From: Octopus bimaculoides
Lineage: Eukaryota
DNA length: 64,000 nucleotides
Assembly: GCF_001194135.2 (NCBI RefSeq)
Contig: NC_068982.1
Span: 145,130,404 to 145,194,403, forward strand
Direction of reading: 5' to 3'
This document shows positions 22,240 to 35,793 of the stretch, piece after piece. Position numbers and translations under genes: made by a program. The notes beneath the pieces were generated by a model that did no database searches, had not been told where the DNA came from, and saw only the letters and a program-made list of their open reading frames with translations. The first letter of the stretch is position 1. Each line of letters starts with the position of its first letter.

Positions 22240-22357
22240 CGCTTGACGGTTCGCCAAAAAGAGACGTGTACTGCTAAGGCCGATCTGTTTGACTAAAACC
22301 CTTTAAGGCAGTTCGCCAATATGGCCGCAGTCTGATGACTAAAGCAAGTAAAAGATA
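22240..22357 (+). mobile_element. SINE family A 3' tail fragment
   Basis: CGGTTCGCCAAAAAGAGAC...ATGGCCGCAGTCTGATGACTAAAGCAAGTAAAAGATAA. Confidence 0.7.
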
Positions 22358-23072
22358 ACACACACGCACACTCACACATACACTCACAGACACAGACACA
22401 CACACACACACACACACACACACATTCCACACAAACATACACGCACTCCATATACATACACACATACATATACGTGTATATACGTATATAGATGTTGATA
22501 ATTTTTTTATGTATAATTTACTTTTTAATATGTTTTATACCCTTCATTGACCGCTCACATGTCACGCTTTTGTTGTAAATATGCTATATGCTGTGATCAT
22601 CAGCATACTCCCAAAGTCTGAGTAAGGAAGATAAAAAAATTTCAGCTCTACAATAACTTACTATGAATTAATTCTGCATTGAGTACTCTTCGTCTTATTT
22701 CAACACTCAAAGACGCGCGCACCCCCCCACCACCACACACACAAACACACATATATGATATATTTAATATAAACATTAAAATTTCATTTACTTTATGTCA
22801 CAAAGCGACTGACCTTGCTCAATAAAGGCGCTTTCATCATATTATATTTATACCTGTGAATATTCAAATATGAATGCATACAGTTAATAGATATATTATG
22901 TGTGTGTGTGCGGGCGTGCGTGTGTGTGTGAGTGTGTGTGTGTATATATATGTATGTATAAATATATATACATATATATATAAATGAATGTATGTACGTA
23001 TAAATATATATATATATGTACATATATGTGACTATATATATGTATATATATATATGCATCTATCTATATATG

Positions 23073-23147
<75 letters not shown>

Positions 23148-24422
23148 GCATTTATATATACATACATATATACACACATTATATATATATATTTATATAT
23201 GCATACTTCATCTTTTGTATTTGACATAATGACTCTANNNNNNNNNNNNNNNNNNNNNNNNNNNNNNNNNNNNNNNNNNNNNNNNNNNNNNNNNNNNNNN
23301 NNNNNNNNNNNNNNNNNNNNNNNNNNNNNNNNNNNNNNNNNNNNNNNNNNNNNNNNNNNNNNNNNNNNNNNNNNNNNNNNNNNNNNNNNNNNNNNNNNNN
23401 NNNNNNNNNNNNNNNNNNNNNNNNNNNNNNNNNNNNNNNNNNNNNNNNNNNNNNNNNNNNNNNNNNNNNNNNNNNNNNNNNNNNNNNNNNNNNNNNNNNN
23501 NNNNNNNNNNNNNNNNNNNNNNNNNNNNNNNNNNNNNNNNNNNNNNNNNNNNNNNNNNNNNNNNNNNNNNNNNNNNNNNNNNNNNNNNNNNNNNNNNNNN
23601 NNNNNNNNNNNNNNNNNNNNNNNNNNNNNNNNNNNNNNNNNNNNNNNNNNNNNNNNNNNNNNNNNNNNNNNNNNNNNNNNNNNNNNNNNNNNNNNNNNNN
23701 NNNNNNNNNNNNNNNNNNNNNNNNNNNNNNNNNNNNNNNNNNNNNNNNNNNNNNNNNNNNNNNNNNNNNNNNNNNNNNNNNNNNNNNNNNNNNNNNNNNN
23801 NNNNNNNNNNNNNNNNNNNNNNNNNNNNNNNNNNNNNNNNNNNNNNNNNNNNNNNNNNNNNNNNNNNNNNNNNNNNNNNNNNNNNNNNNNNNNNNNNNNN
23901 NNNNNNNNNNNNNNNNNNNNNNNNNNNNNNNNNNNNNNNNNNNNNNNNNNNNNNNNNNNNNNNNNNNNNNNNNNNNNNNNNNNNNNNNNNNNNNNNNNNN
24001 NNNNNNNNNNNNNNNNNNNNNNNNNNNNNNNNNNNNNNNNNNNNNNNNNNNNNNNNNNNNNNNNNNNNNNNNNNNNNNNNNNNNNNNNNNNNNNNNNNNN
24101 NNNNNNNNNNNNNNNNNNNNNNNNNNNNNNNNNNNNNNNNNNNNNNNNNNNNNNNNNNNNNNNNNNNNNNNNNNNNNNNNNNNNNNNNNATATATATATA
24201 TATATATATATATACATATGTACATAAATTGTAGCTATTCATATGCATCGTATATATGATATACATCTCACACCCGAAGCTAAAACAAGATCAATGCAGA
24301 CTAAAGAATTTTTTCAGATTTTCAGTAATTATTTTATCTGGTTTTCGTTCTTTCTCACTTTCTTTCTTTCTGTCTGTCTCTCTGATTTATGTATATGTGT
24401 ATATAAGTAGATACATATATAG

Positions 24423-24493
<71 letters not shown>

Positions 24494-24643
24494 NNNNNNN
24501 NNNNNNNNNNNNNNNNNNNNNNNNNNNNNNNNNNNNNNNNNNNNNNNNNNNNNNNNNNNNNNNNNNNNNNNNNNNNNNNNNNNNNNNNNNNNNNNNNNNN
24601 NNNNNNNNNNNNNNNNNNNNNNNNNNNNNNNNNNNNNNNNNNN

Positions 24644-24697
<54 letters not shown>

Positions 24698-24859
24698 TTA
24701 TGGCGCCTATAGAAACGCATCTAACTTCTGATGTAGCAGATGCAGAAATACAAATAGTGCGAGAGAGAAAGAAGCCCCGAAGCAGTCGCGATGAACAATC
24801 GCGAAGTACATCTGTCACACTCAAACCCGGTTTGTGACATTTTAACGATACATCAAAAA

Positions 24860-25372
24860 CAAATTGATATAGTTATATGCACGACACATGATGCAGACTG
24901 GATATTAGTTTGGCCCGACAGGCTGTGTCTATGCAAGACAACGACTTAAACTCAGTCAATTTATGTCAATGCTGCATTTCTTATGACACGCAAAAGAAAG
25001 GTCTCAAACCAGTCATGTAGGTAACTGAAGAATGCCTCAAAGCATGATGGTAAATTGAAGAATACTCTTAGACACATTGATGTGGTATTGACTAATCTGG
25101 ACCAACATAACAATATAAACCTACTGGGCAACTTTAATCTTCTAAATGTGTCCTGACGGCCACATTCTCTCTGGAATGTCAGCACATCAAGAAAGGTAAG
25201 CAAAATTATAACTTGAACTTTCTAATATACTGTTCATAGAACAAGTCATACTTTAGCCAACCATGAATAACGTCTTGTATCTCTCCTTCGCAAATGATAT
25301 GGACCTTGTCCATTATGTGAAGGCGATGCCAACAGCTTTCTCGGACAATGACATTGTAGAACTAACAACATA
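24860..25372 (+). mobile_element. CR1/L2-like LINE APE endonuclease fragment, decayed
   Basis: Plus strand reads NINLLGNFNLLNVS* (GDFNLP.V.W motif) and LFIEQVIL*PTMNNVLYLSFANDMDLVHYVKAMPTAFSDNDIVELT (PTR.NN.LDL.F.N and SDH motifs). Confidence 0.75.
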
Positions 25373-25435
25373 TATATATACCGGTGAACAGTTGGTATCT
25401 ATCCTATAAGAAGAACTCAAACAATACCTAACTTC

Positions 25436-25531
25436 CATGATGCAGACTGGATATTAGTTTGGCCCGACAGGCTGTGTCTATGCAAGACAACGACTTGGTC
25501 TCAAACCAGTCATGTAGGTAACTGAAGAATG
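25436..25531 (+). repeat. Exact local duplicate of 24887-24947 joined to 25000-25034
   Basis: The 61-bp and 35-bp blocks are identical to the upstream copy, and the 52-bp spacer 24948-24999 is absent. Confidence 0.9.
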
Positions 25532-26624
25532 GTGAAAAGTTTAACTTAAAAGAAACAAAGTGGATGGTGTTCATAAATGTCTGATATTCTGGAAAGGAAT
25601 AGTTAATGATAATAGAGGCGATATATGTATTAGTCACCTTAAATGTTCATGTACATGAACACATCAACTTTTGTATGGGTGGGCAGGCAAGCTGATTAGT
25701 CTGAGTATCGGAAGATGGAAAACAGTTGAATTAAATTAGTGGGCGTATAAATGATGGTTGACGCTAACGGGCGAAAACGTGCCAAGTTAATTTTTTGCTG
25801 TTATTTAGTCCTATTCGTTCTGCTCGAAGTGGCTTGGTGGACGGGAAATGTTGTGGTGTGGAGGGTGAGGCATTAGATTAGGTGACGAGCTGCGAAAACG
25901 CTGCGACACACACGAAAAAGATGGTTTATGAAGCGATATAGCAATTGTCGATACGATTGTGTGTACGAAGCTTTTGCGGCGATCACATTTCTTGAAATGC
26001 ACACACACACACAAACACACCCACCACATACACATATTTTCACAAACACACACACACACACACATACTTATTTACATACACACATATACACGTATATGTA
26101 TATATATACGTATGTTTGTGTAGATAAATGTGTACAAGATTTTTTTACGTATAAGATATGTACTCGTTAATATTTCTGACATACAATGTGTTCGCATATT
26201 TCAGCACAAAAGATTATTAATGAAATAACCCACGTTAAAAAAATAAAGACATGAAATAACTCATTTCCCTCTCCAAAATACTGACACATCTTGTATTGAA
26301 ATATAAAATGTAATAATCTGATGGTCAGCTGCTAATATGGTACGAACGTTTAACAAACTATCAACGAGAAAGAAAGCTTTGAAACCATTAATTTATAGCT
26401 GCTGATTATAAATTCACACATTTAATCTAGTCTCTTTCATTAAATGGAAGCTCAATAATATCTCACCCCTCTATTATTTATACACGTTTGTGTATGTAAA
26501 TCTTTCGTATGCTTATTAAGTGTTTTCGGCCGTAATTTTGAACAGCTCAGCGAGCGCGTTGTTTAACCTCAGTTAACCTCAGTCAAGCAAACTTGTAACC
26601 GAAGCACTATCGTAGCTAAAGTGT

Positions 26625-26732
26625 GTGCCGCCCGGGGCGGCCCTTCCGTTTGCCGCCCCCAGACCCCCACAAAGCCCACATATTGCCTACAGCAATAGCC
26701 TACAACAGGATGAAAAGTGCCGCCCGGGGCGG
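26625..26732. repeat. Two copies of the GC-rich palindrome GTGCCGCCCGGGGCGG
   Basis: Identical 16-mers at 26625-26640 and 26717-26732 in an AT-rich background. Probably a non-autonomous DNA-element relic. Confidence 0.6.
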
Positions 26733-28212
26733 ACCACTTCTTTCCATCTTTTCAGGCAATTTTCTTCTGACTATATTATCCGATATGTCATTTCTTTTTT
26801 TGAAACACCATACAAATATGGCTGATTTTTCTAGCAAGTCGAGCGACACATAGAGCTTTCTCATAAGAGTTGTTAACATAGAATAGAAATCCATCTTTTC
26901 CTGAAACTAACACTGGAAGATGCAACTCTGTAACCCTAGAAAATGCAAGAATTTTCGAACCTTATTATTAAAGCTTCTACGGTTGTTAATGTCTATAATC
27001 TCGTGATTTAGCTTTGTTTTTGAATTCGTGAATAGTAGTATATTTATCGAATCCATTCAAAGAAAAAATGTTCCAAAAAAAAAAATAAATAAAATAAAAT
27101 AAAGGAAGTATATGTATGTTGTCATCTATATATACACCAACCAGTATATCAGCTGAAATGCGTGTTCGTTATCAACGGAGAGGTTAGTGTATGGCTATGC
27201 TATCAGAAAACTTAAAACGTGGCACTGATAACCAGAATTATCTACCCTGGATAAATAGCTGGAATATTGGCGACTACTTTGAAGGGTATGCTTTTGAAAC
27301 CCTAGAAAAAGAACACGAATAAATAAATACATAAACATAATGGAGAAAAAGGATAGGAACGCAAATAAAATGCCTATATGTAACAACCGATGCAAACACT
27401 GTGAAATTAACTCTGAAATGTTATTGACAACAGAGAAAGTGTTCTGAAAAATGTCCTAATGGGATTATTCGCCTAAAAAGCATGATTCAGTGGTCAAAAC
27501 ACGATGCAATGCAATGTATACTTTCGAAGATCAAAACAAGAACTTACATTAATGTAAAGACCATACTCACTCATAATAATAAAGAATACCGTATTTTCCG
27601 GCATTCAAGTCAATTTTTTCAAACCAAAATTTACATTAAAAAACAAAATAAGAATAATAACTATAAAACGTTGGTCGATTTATATATCAATATGAACTTG
27701 GAGACCCAAAATATTCCATGCGAAGCGCAGAAGGATTTTATGAAAGATAGTGACAAGGATTGGATGTTTACATTACATGTTTACGCTATATATGTATTAC
27801 GTCGACTTGTAAGCTGCAGAATACAGTACTATTGAATGTCTGTCAAAATTTCTGTAAAATATAAGCATAACCAATCGATGTGGGACAGAGAAGAGAAAGC
27901 ATGCACGGTAGTATAACTCAGTTGTCAAGCAGATGTTAACACAATCTGAAAGATTAAACATGTATGGTCAACTAATGAAAAACATACGGGGCACTTGGAT
28001 ATGTAGCTGCCTCAGCGACAGTCTTAAGTAGCAGGGCTTCGCGAAATCAGAGTGGACACAGTAAATTAAGAATCTACAAGTACGAGCTATGAATGGAACT
28101 TTGATAATATTCAAAATATAATAGTTTAAATATAAAAGTTTAACCTGTAATATAGACTTATGCACATATGTACACACACACACACACACACACACATACA
28201 CACACACACACA

Positions 28213-28252
<40 letters not shown>

Positions 28253-28329
28253 CATGTGCGGATATCAATATATCAACAGAACAGCCTGCTCGTGAAATTA
28301 TTGTACAAACGGCTGTGCACTCTGCAGAC

Positions 28330-28496
28330 TCGCCTACCCGTAACGTTGAAATTCAGATAACACATATATGACTCATTTTTGCCAGTTGAGTGAAATAAAG
28401 TGTCTTGCTCAAGGACACAACACGCTGCCGAGGATCGAACTCACGACATAACAATCGTGCACTGAATTCGTTAACCACTAAGCCACATGACTTCAC
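28330..28496 (-). mobile_element. tRNA-derived SINE (third family, CORE/V-type TGTCCTTGAGCAAGACAC motif)
   Basis: Minus strand: GTGGCTTAGTGGTTA (A box)...GAGTTCGATCCTCGG (B box)...GTGTCCTTGAGCAAGACACTTTATTTCAC. Confidence 0.8.
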
Positions 28497-28515
28497 TATA
28501 CATACATACATACAA

Positions 28516-28574
<59 letters not shown>

Positions 28575-29216
28575 TATATATATATGTGTGTGTGTGTGTG
28601 TGTATATGTATATGTATATGTATATGTAGGCACTTTATATTTCCTTTAAAACATTTTATTACATTTAAATTTCTATCATACAATTGATTAAATTAGCATA
28701 GAATAATGGTTGGATATTTTTTTATAATTAAGANNNNNNNNNNNNNNNNNNNNNNNNNNNNNNNNNNNNNNNNNNNNNNNNNNNNNNNNNNNNNNNNNNN
28801 NNNNNNNNNNNNNNNNNNNNNNNNNNNNNNNNNNNNNNNNNNNNNNNNNNNNNNNNNNNNNNNNNNNNNNNNNNNNNNNNNNNNNNNNNNNNNNNNNNNN
28901 NNNNNNNNNNNNNNNNNNNNNNNNNNNATATAAAGAATGCAAAGAATGGAACAAGAACGCAACAAGGTACAACAAAACATCCAGACAGTTAGAGGATACA
29001 GAAAGGGACAGGAAAAAAACAAGGACGGGTCATTTGGAGTTTTTTTATCCTCGGTCGAGTTCCAGATCTTCCAAGCAATTTTGGCTGGTTATACTCGTGA
29101 CTACATACACATTCACACATACACACACACACACATGTATATATATATATAGATGTATATATGCTTAAAAGTCAAAACATACAACAAAAATGCACATTGA
29201 GTTCCATAAATAAATC

Positions 29217-29315
29217 CATGGATAAATGAACACATGGATAAATTAACACATGGATAAATTAACATATGGATAAATTAACATATGGATAAATTAACACATG
29301 GATAAATTAACACAT
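29217..29315. repeat. 16-bp minisatellite (C/T)ATGGATAAATTAACA x6
   Basis: Six contiguous near-identical units with no spacers. Confidence 0.95.
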
Positions 29316-30039
29316 TTCTGCTTGACTGCGAGGATGATTGTTTTCTATTTTGCATTGCAAAAGCCTTTTTTCTGTGTTTCTAGGTTAGAAACCAGCGCTT
29401 AATCTAACTAGAATGTGTAAGTATGTATGTGTGTGCGAGTATGGGTGCGTGTGCGTTTGTGCGTGTGTGTGTGCGCTCGCGTGTGTGTATGTCTGTACAT
29501 CTGCATTTATATCATGTATACTTTCATTCAGTCATTCATTTATAATACCGAAACACCTACACTCAATCATACACATTCGTTCATAAATACATACATTCAT
29601 TCAGCCACATGTAGTAATGTACATATATACATAAATACATACATGCACCAATCACATATATTTCATTCACATACACTATCACACCTACACACGCTTCTAT
29701 TAATGTTATAGTAATGGCAACTTGAGGTGTAAACATTTTAATTCTTACACGTATATCTCAACTCATACTCCGCCCTTAGTAGTAGTAGCAGCAGCAACAA
29801 CAGCAGCACCGCCAGCAGTCAACACCATCCTAAACAACTCTACCAGCATTTCCAGCATTATTATAATATCATCAGCGTCTAAAGCGTCACGTCCTCTAGC
29901 CCACACCTCACCTCCTCCTCCGTCTCATCCATTTATCACAAGTGTGCCAGTATAGATATGAAGCTTAGTGTCGACGAGTAATGAAGATTTTTTTTTTTTT
30001 TTTTTGCTGATAAACAAATCTACCGACCAATGATTTGTT

Positions 30040-31185
30040 CTTCACTAACACCACTGCCGCCTCCATCGCCACCACGACCACTACCACTATCAACACCTCC
30101 ACCACCACCACCACCACCTNNNNNNNNNNNNNNNNNNNNNNNNNNNNNNNNNNNNNNNNNNNNNNNNNNNNNNNNNNNNNNNNNNNNNNNNNNNNNNNNN
30201 NNNNNNNNNNNNNNNNNNNNNNNNNNNNNNNNNNNNNNNNNNNNNNNNNNNNNNNNNNNNNNNNNNNNNNNNNNNNNNNNNNNNNNNNNNNNNNNNNNNN
30301 NNNNNNNNNNNNNNNNNNNNNNNNNNNNNNNNNNNNNNNNNNNNNNNNNNNNNNNNNNNNNNNNNNNNNNNNNNNNNNNNNNNNNNNNNNNNNNNNNNNN
30401 NNNNNNNNNNNNNNNNNNNNNNNNNNNNNNNNNNNNNNNNNNNNNNNNNNNNNNNNNNNNNNNNNNNNNNNNNNNNNNNNNNNNNNNNNNNNNNNNNNNN
30501 NNNNNNNNNNNNNNNNNNNNNNNNNNNNNNNNNNNNNNNNNNNNNNNNNNNNNNNNNNNNNNNNNNNNNNNNNNNNNNNNNNNNNNNNNNNNNNNNNNNN
30601 NNNNNNNNNNNNNNNNNNNNNNNNNNNNNNNNNNNNNNNNNNNNNNNNNNNNNNNNNNNNNNNNNNNNNNNNNNNNNNNNNNNNNNNNNNNNNNNNNNNN
30701 NNNNNNNNNNNNNNNNNNNNNNNNNNNNNNNNNNNNNNNNNNNNNNNNNNNNNNNNNNNNNNNNNNNNNNNNNNNNNNNNNNNNNNNNNNNNNNNNNNNN
30801 NNNNNNNNNNNNNNNNNNNNNNNNNNNNNNNNNNNNNNNNNNNNNNNNNNNNNNNNNNNNNNNNNNNNNNNNNNNNNNNNNNNNNNNNNNNNNNNNNNNN
30901 NNNNNNNNNNNNNNNNNNNNNNNNNNNNNNNNNNNNNNNNNNNNNNNNNNNNNNNNNNNNNNNNNNNNNNNNNNNNNNNNNNNNNNNNNNNNNNNNNNNN
31001 NNNNNNNNNNNNNNNNNNNNNNNNNNNNNNNNNNNNNNNNNNNNNNNNNNNNNNNNNNNNNNNNNNNNNNNNNNNNNNNNNNNNNNNNNNNNNNNNNNNN
31101 NNNNNNNNTTCTTCTTCTTCTTCTTCTTCTTCTTCCCCATTACCATTACCGTCATCGTGCCACCGCCACCACCACCACCACAACC

Positions 31186-31234
<49 letters not shown>

Positions 31235-31250
31235 GCATCAGCATCATCCT
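30040..31250. repeat. Low-complexity (ACC)n/(TTC)n/(CAT)n trinucleotide tracts flanking a ~1-kb N gap
   Basis: Direct inspection. Confidence 0.85.
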
Positions 31251-31666
31251 AATCCCTACTGCCACCGCCATCCAGGCTGGTTTACTTGACATTTCAGTGG
31301 AGGAGAAACACCCAGATGAAGTAATTTAAGCGAATATCTTGATGAGACGAGATAAGATAACCGATAATGTTATCGACTTATAGATGTGTATGTGTGGCGT
31401 AAGAGAGACTATGAATATATACAGAGCACAGGATAAGAGAGATGGACTGGCACAGATAAGAGGATAAAAGGAGTAATAGGGAAGGAAGAGAAAAAAAAAG
31501 AAATGAGAGAAAGAAATGGCCTGCATAGTAACATACTAAGGGGAATTGTAAGTTGACAGATAAGACACACAGACAGACAAACAGTTAGAGAGATAGAGAG
31601 AGATGATTTAAGAGAGGAATGCGATGAGAAAGAAATGAAGGGCAAATTGATTGCGTGAGTGTGTGT

Positions 31667-31701
<35 letters not shown>

Positions 31702-31711
31702 TATATATCTA

Positions 31712-31766
<55 letters not shown>

Positions 31767-33264
31767 ACACACATAAATATACACACATACACACACACAT
31801 TTTATTCTTTTAATNNNNNNNNNNNNNNNNNNNNNNNNNNNNNNNNNNNNNNNNNNNNNNNNNNNNNNNNNNNNNNNNNNNNNNNNNNNNNNNNNNNNNN
31901 NNNNNNNNNNNNNNNNNNNNNNNNNNNNNNNNNNNNNNNNNNNNNNNNNNNNNNNNNNNNNNNNNNNNNNNNNNNNNNNNNNNNNNNNNNNNNNNNNNNN
32001 NNNNNNNNNNNNNNNNNNNNNNNNNNNNNNNNNNNNNNNNNNNNNNNNNNNNNNNNNNNNNNNNNNNNNNNNNNNNNNNNNNNNNNNNNNNNNNNNNNNN
32101 NNNNNNNNNNNNNNNNNNNNNNNNNNNNNNNNNNNNNNNNNNNNNNNNNNNNNNNNNNNNNNNNNNNNNNNNNNNNNNNNNNNNNNNNNNNNNNNNNNNN
32201 NNNNNNNNNNNNNNNNNNNNNNNNNNNNNNNNNNNNNNNNNNNNNNNNNNNNNNNNNNNNNNATATATATATGTATGTATGTATATATATAGTGTATAAA
32301 ATATTTTTATACACAAAGAGTCCTTGATATGACTTCTTACATGCTAGAACGGGCAGTTAAAACCCAAAGTACGAAAAAATGAATTCATGAGGCATGCTGT
32401 TATAACAGCCTCATATTTATGATACACACACACGCACACAATTTTATATTATTCTACTTCTGCGCTTCTCTCCCTCAGACACGCTAATTCCTTTCGTACA
32501 TACGTTTATGTGTCTTCTAAGTTGGGAATGCCTTGCATGCTCGTGCGTTTGTGCGTGTGTCTGTATTATTAATAACGGGTAATACTTTACGGATGGGTAT
32601 TTTGTATTTTTATTACTGCATTGCTGCTAATGTTTCGGCATAATATGTATTTTTATGGGACCCCTCACCAGATTTATAAGATAATTATGAAATATTATTT
32701 ATAATATCTATGGACCCTGTGGAAACCCGAGATTATTTTACGGTAGCCAGCAACAAGTAACATACGAGCTTCCATGGGCGCGCTGGTAGACATCTGTATT
32801 TACAAAATATAAATATATAGAAGCAAATCGGAAATAAAAGTAAGCACTAACAAAATTTGTGAAAAGAGCATACACAGTGAATGTCTTAGGTTGACGCTCA
32901 GTTTAAGACGTTGAAAATAGTAAGAGGTGAGGTATTGAGCATAGTTCTTCGTCAGGAAGGAGAGAGGCAGAAGGTCCGAAGAGAGGGCAAAAAAGTCTAA
33001 GAAAAGCACGTTTGATGACACGGCTGAATTGACCGGAAGTGGAGTGAGATAGAGAAAATTGTTTTTGAAGGCAGGAGAGTCCGGAAATTGCCAGTGTATT
33101 TGTGTGTGTGTGGTAGTACCTTTGTGAATGTGTGTTTGTGTTTATGTAAGTGATGTGAGTGTAAGGGTGTGGTGCTGACATCCATAAATGTAAATGTTTT
33201 CCCAAACAAAATTGCACTTCAAAGTTTGAAGTTTCGATGAAGAAACAAGGTGATATATATCCTC

Positions 33265-33630
33265 ATCATCGTCTTTAGCATCATTTTTCCATGGTGGCAT
33301 TAGCTAGACGATTTGACTTTAACTGGTAAGCCGGAGAGCTGTACCAACCTCAAGTTGTCTGTCTGGCATGGTTTCTACGGCTGGGTGCCAATCATCCCAA
33401 GCGTGTAGTGGGTTCCATTTACGTGTCACCGGCACAGGTGCCTTTTACGCGTCACCAGCACTATCCACGACTAAGATTTCACTTGGCTTGACGAATCTTC
33501 TCAAGCACAAGCGATTGCCAAAAGTCTCGATCACTTATCATCGCCTCCATGAGACCCAGCATCCGAAGATCATGCTTCGCTTTCTTGTCCCATGTCTTCC
33601 TGGATCTACCTCTTCCACAGGTTCTCTTCT
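33265..33630 (-). mobile_element. RTE-clade LINE 3' end (ORF2 C-terminus plus 3' UTR)
   Basis: Minus strand reads TCGRGRSRKTWD / KHDLRMLGLMEAMISDRDFW. The plus strand has the RTE-type 3' UTR motif GTTTCTACGGCTGGGTGCC and a (CAT)n-like tail end. Confidence 0.8.
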
Positions 33631-33887
33631 CAGTTAGAGATCGGCGTGTGTTATGTGAAGTTACGTGAGTAAGTCAATTTTGAGGTATTGCATTTAAGTG
33701 TAATGTATGAAACGTTCGATTCTTGAGTCACTTCTGTAACTTATAAGCGGAAAAAGAAATTACACTTCTGTGCTAAGTAATGTTCCTTCTCTTTTTGTTA
33801 GTAAACATACATACATACATACTAACATACATACATACATACGTACATACAAGTGCATATATACATATGAACTACAGCAGAGAAAAT

Positions 33888-33955
<68 letters not shown>

Positions 33956-34165
33956 CGAGTGCGCTGATGAGACAGTGAGAGAAAGAAGTGAGTAGGTGAG
34001 GGAGTGGAAGAGAGTGAGAAAGGAGTGGACGCTGATACAGTGAGAGAGAGAGATGAATGAGTGGGTGACCGAAAGAGAGAGAGAGAGAGGGAGAGGGAGA
34101 GAGAGGTTGATAGAGAGAGAGGGAGAGGGAGAGAGGGAGAGGGAGAGAGAGGTTGATAGAGAAAT
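33888..34165. repeat. (AG)n-rich purine tract
   Basis: Direct inspection. Confidence 0.9.
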
Positions 34166-34749
34166 ATGAATGAAAAATTGAGAGAAGTGATTTGACAGAA
34201 ATTAATATAGAGCTAGTGAGAGACTGAAACAGCCGAGAGAAAAAGGCAAATAGATAAAGAACTATCTCTTTCGGCTATTCTCTGTATGTGTGAGGTGTAT
34301 CTCTAAAATCTAGAGAAGTGGTAGTATGTAGTATTGTATAAGGCAGCGAGCAGGTAGTATCGTAGTTAGCTCGCCGGACAAAATGCTTAGGGAAGGTTCC
34401 AGTTATGTTGTTTGCATAAAATAGGAACACAAATGGGTTAAAGGCTCACTACAGCAGTTGCAGTGGCATTTTATATTGATGAATAATTCAATTACATCAT
34501 AAAGAAACCGTTTTCTTCCGGTGAATTAAGAATTTAAAATTTGGTTCAGAGAAAAAAAAATACAAGATGTGGAATGATGATTGATCCTCTCATTAAGACA
34601 TCATTGAAGAGAGTGAAAAATACATTGGGGATTAGCCAGATTTAACCGGATAAGGTGTCAGAAGTCAATAGGTCATAAACCAATCATCGGACAATGTCGC
34701 AGCTAATCTATTTATTTAAATGAGACTAGATAGATAACCAGAGATAAAA

Positions 34750-34804
34750 TACCGAACCCGGAGCCATCTGGTTGGTAAGCAAGCTACTTACCACACAGCC
34801 ATGC
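34750..34804 (-). mobile_element. SINE family A head fragment
   Basis: CCGAACCCGGAGCCATCTGGTTGGTAAGCAAGCTACTTACCACACAGCCA is the reverse complement of the family A head. Confidence 0.85.
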
Positions 34805-35610
34805 TTTATATCGTATTATGTTATTGAGTCGGGTGCGTCAATGTCTGATTCTGCAGAGATAGATACGAACTGTGTGAATATGCATGTGAGTGCATATCTA
34901 AACTGACACTACTTTTCGCAGATATGTGAACGGGTAGGTTTAGACGGGTATGGATATATACAAACGTGGGTAGGTGTGGAAATAATAACTATATATTTAC
35001 AGATATATGAGTATCTGTGAACGAGCGTGTGTGTGTGTGCACGATTGTGTACGTACACACGGCAGTATGTTGCTAACCAAGATCCTGACTTCTCTCACCA
35101 GTAGTGCCATTTAAACAACTTATCACTGTTAACTTAGAATTTTCTCTGATCTGACAGCATATGTAAATTAATAATTCATGTGGTGCAAGTAGAACAGCGA
35201 AACTATGTACAATAATATATCTATCCATTCTTAATATGTGGCAGATACGATCGTGAATATCTGATTAATGTTGTTTTTCATCGGAGAACACCTCCCCTTT
35301 TAGATGATATGTCTTTATAACACACGGTATTCACAGGTGTAAAGGAATTTTACGACGCTATGGAGATTCGAACTCGTAGTGCACCTGCTCAATCAAAGCC
35401 AACCCGCCGGACTGAAGATTTTGATAAAAGGATAGGCTCTTAAATATAGAGCAGATTATTTGCTGATGGTTTCAGATAATTATTCATGGGATGCATGCAG
35501 AATAGTGAGAATCTAAACAACAACGTATTTATTCTTACAAGCTTAGATAGTTAAGCTTCCTTTATTCCATATACATATAATGTCCATATGTTATAAAACA
35601 CACACGCGCG

Positions 35611-35642
<32 letters not shown>

Positions 35643-35712
35643 CACAAGCACACACACACACACACAAGCACAAACACACACACACACGCACACACATATA
35701 CACACACATAAA

Positions 35713-35793
35713 TAAGAAGCTTGCTTCCCAACCACATGGTTCCGGGTTCAGTTTCCCTGCGTAGCACTTTGGGCAGGTGTCTGCTACTACAAC
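35713..35793 (+). mobile_element. SINE family A, 5'-truncated, runs into N gap
   Basis: TAAGAAGCTTGCTTCCCAACCACATGGTTCCGGGTTCAG...TTTGGGCAGGTGTC. Confidence 0.85.

Noticed and set aside
29217-29315. Regular short repeats as a possible CRISPR array
   Set aside because: The 16-bp units are contiguous with no spacers, the context is eukaryotic and there are no cas genes. It is a minisatellite.
29723-31289. Poly-Pro/His/Ser/Thr ORFs as a low-complexity transcription-factor exon
   Set aside because: These are trinucleotide microsatellites around a gap, open in several frames on both strands, with no recognisable domain.
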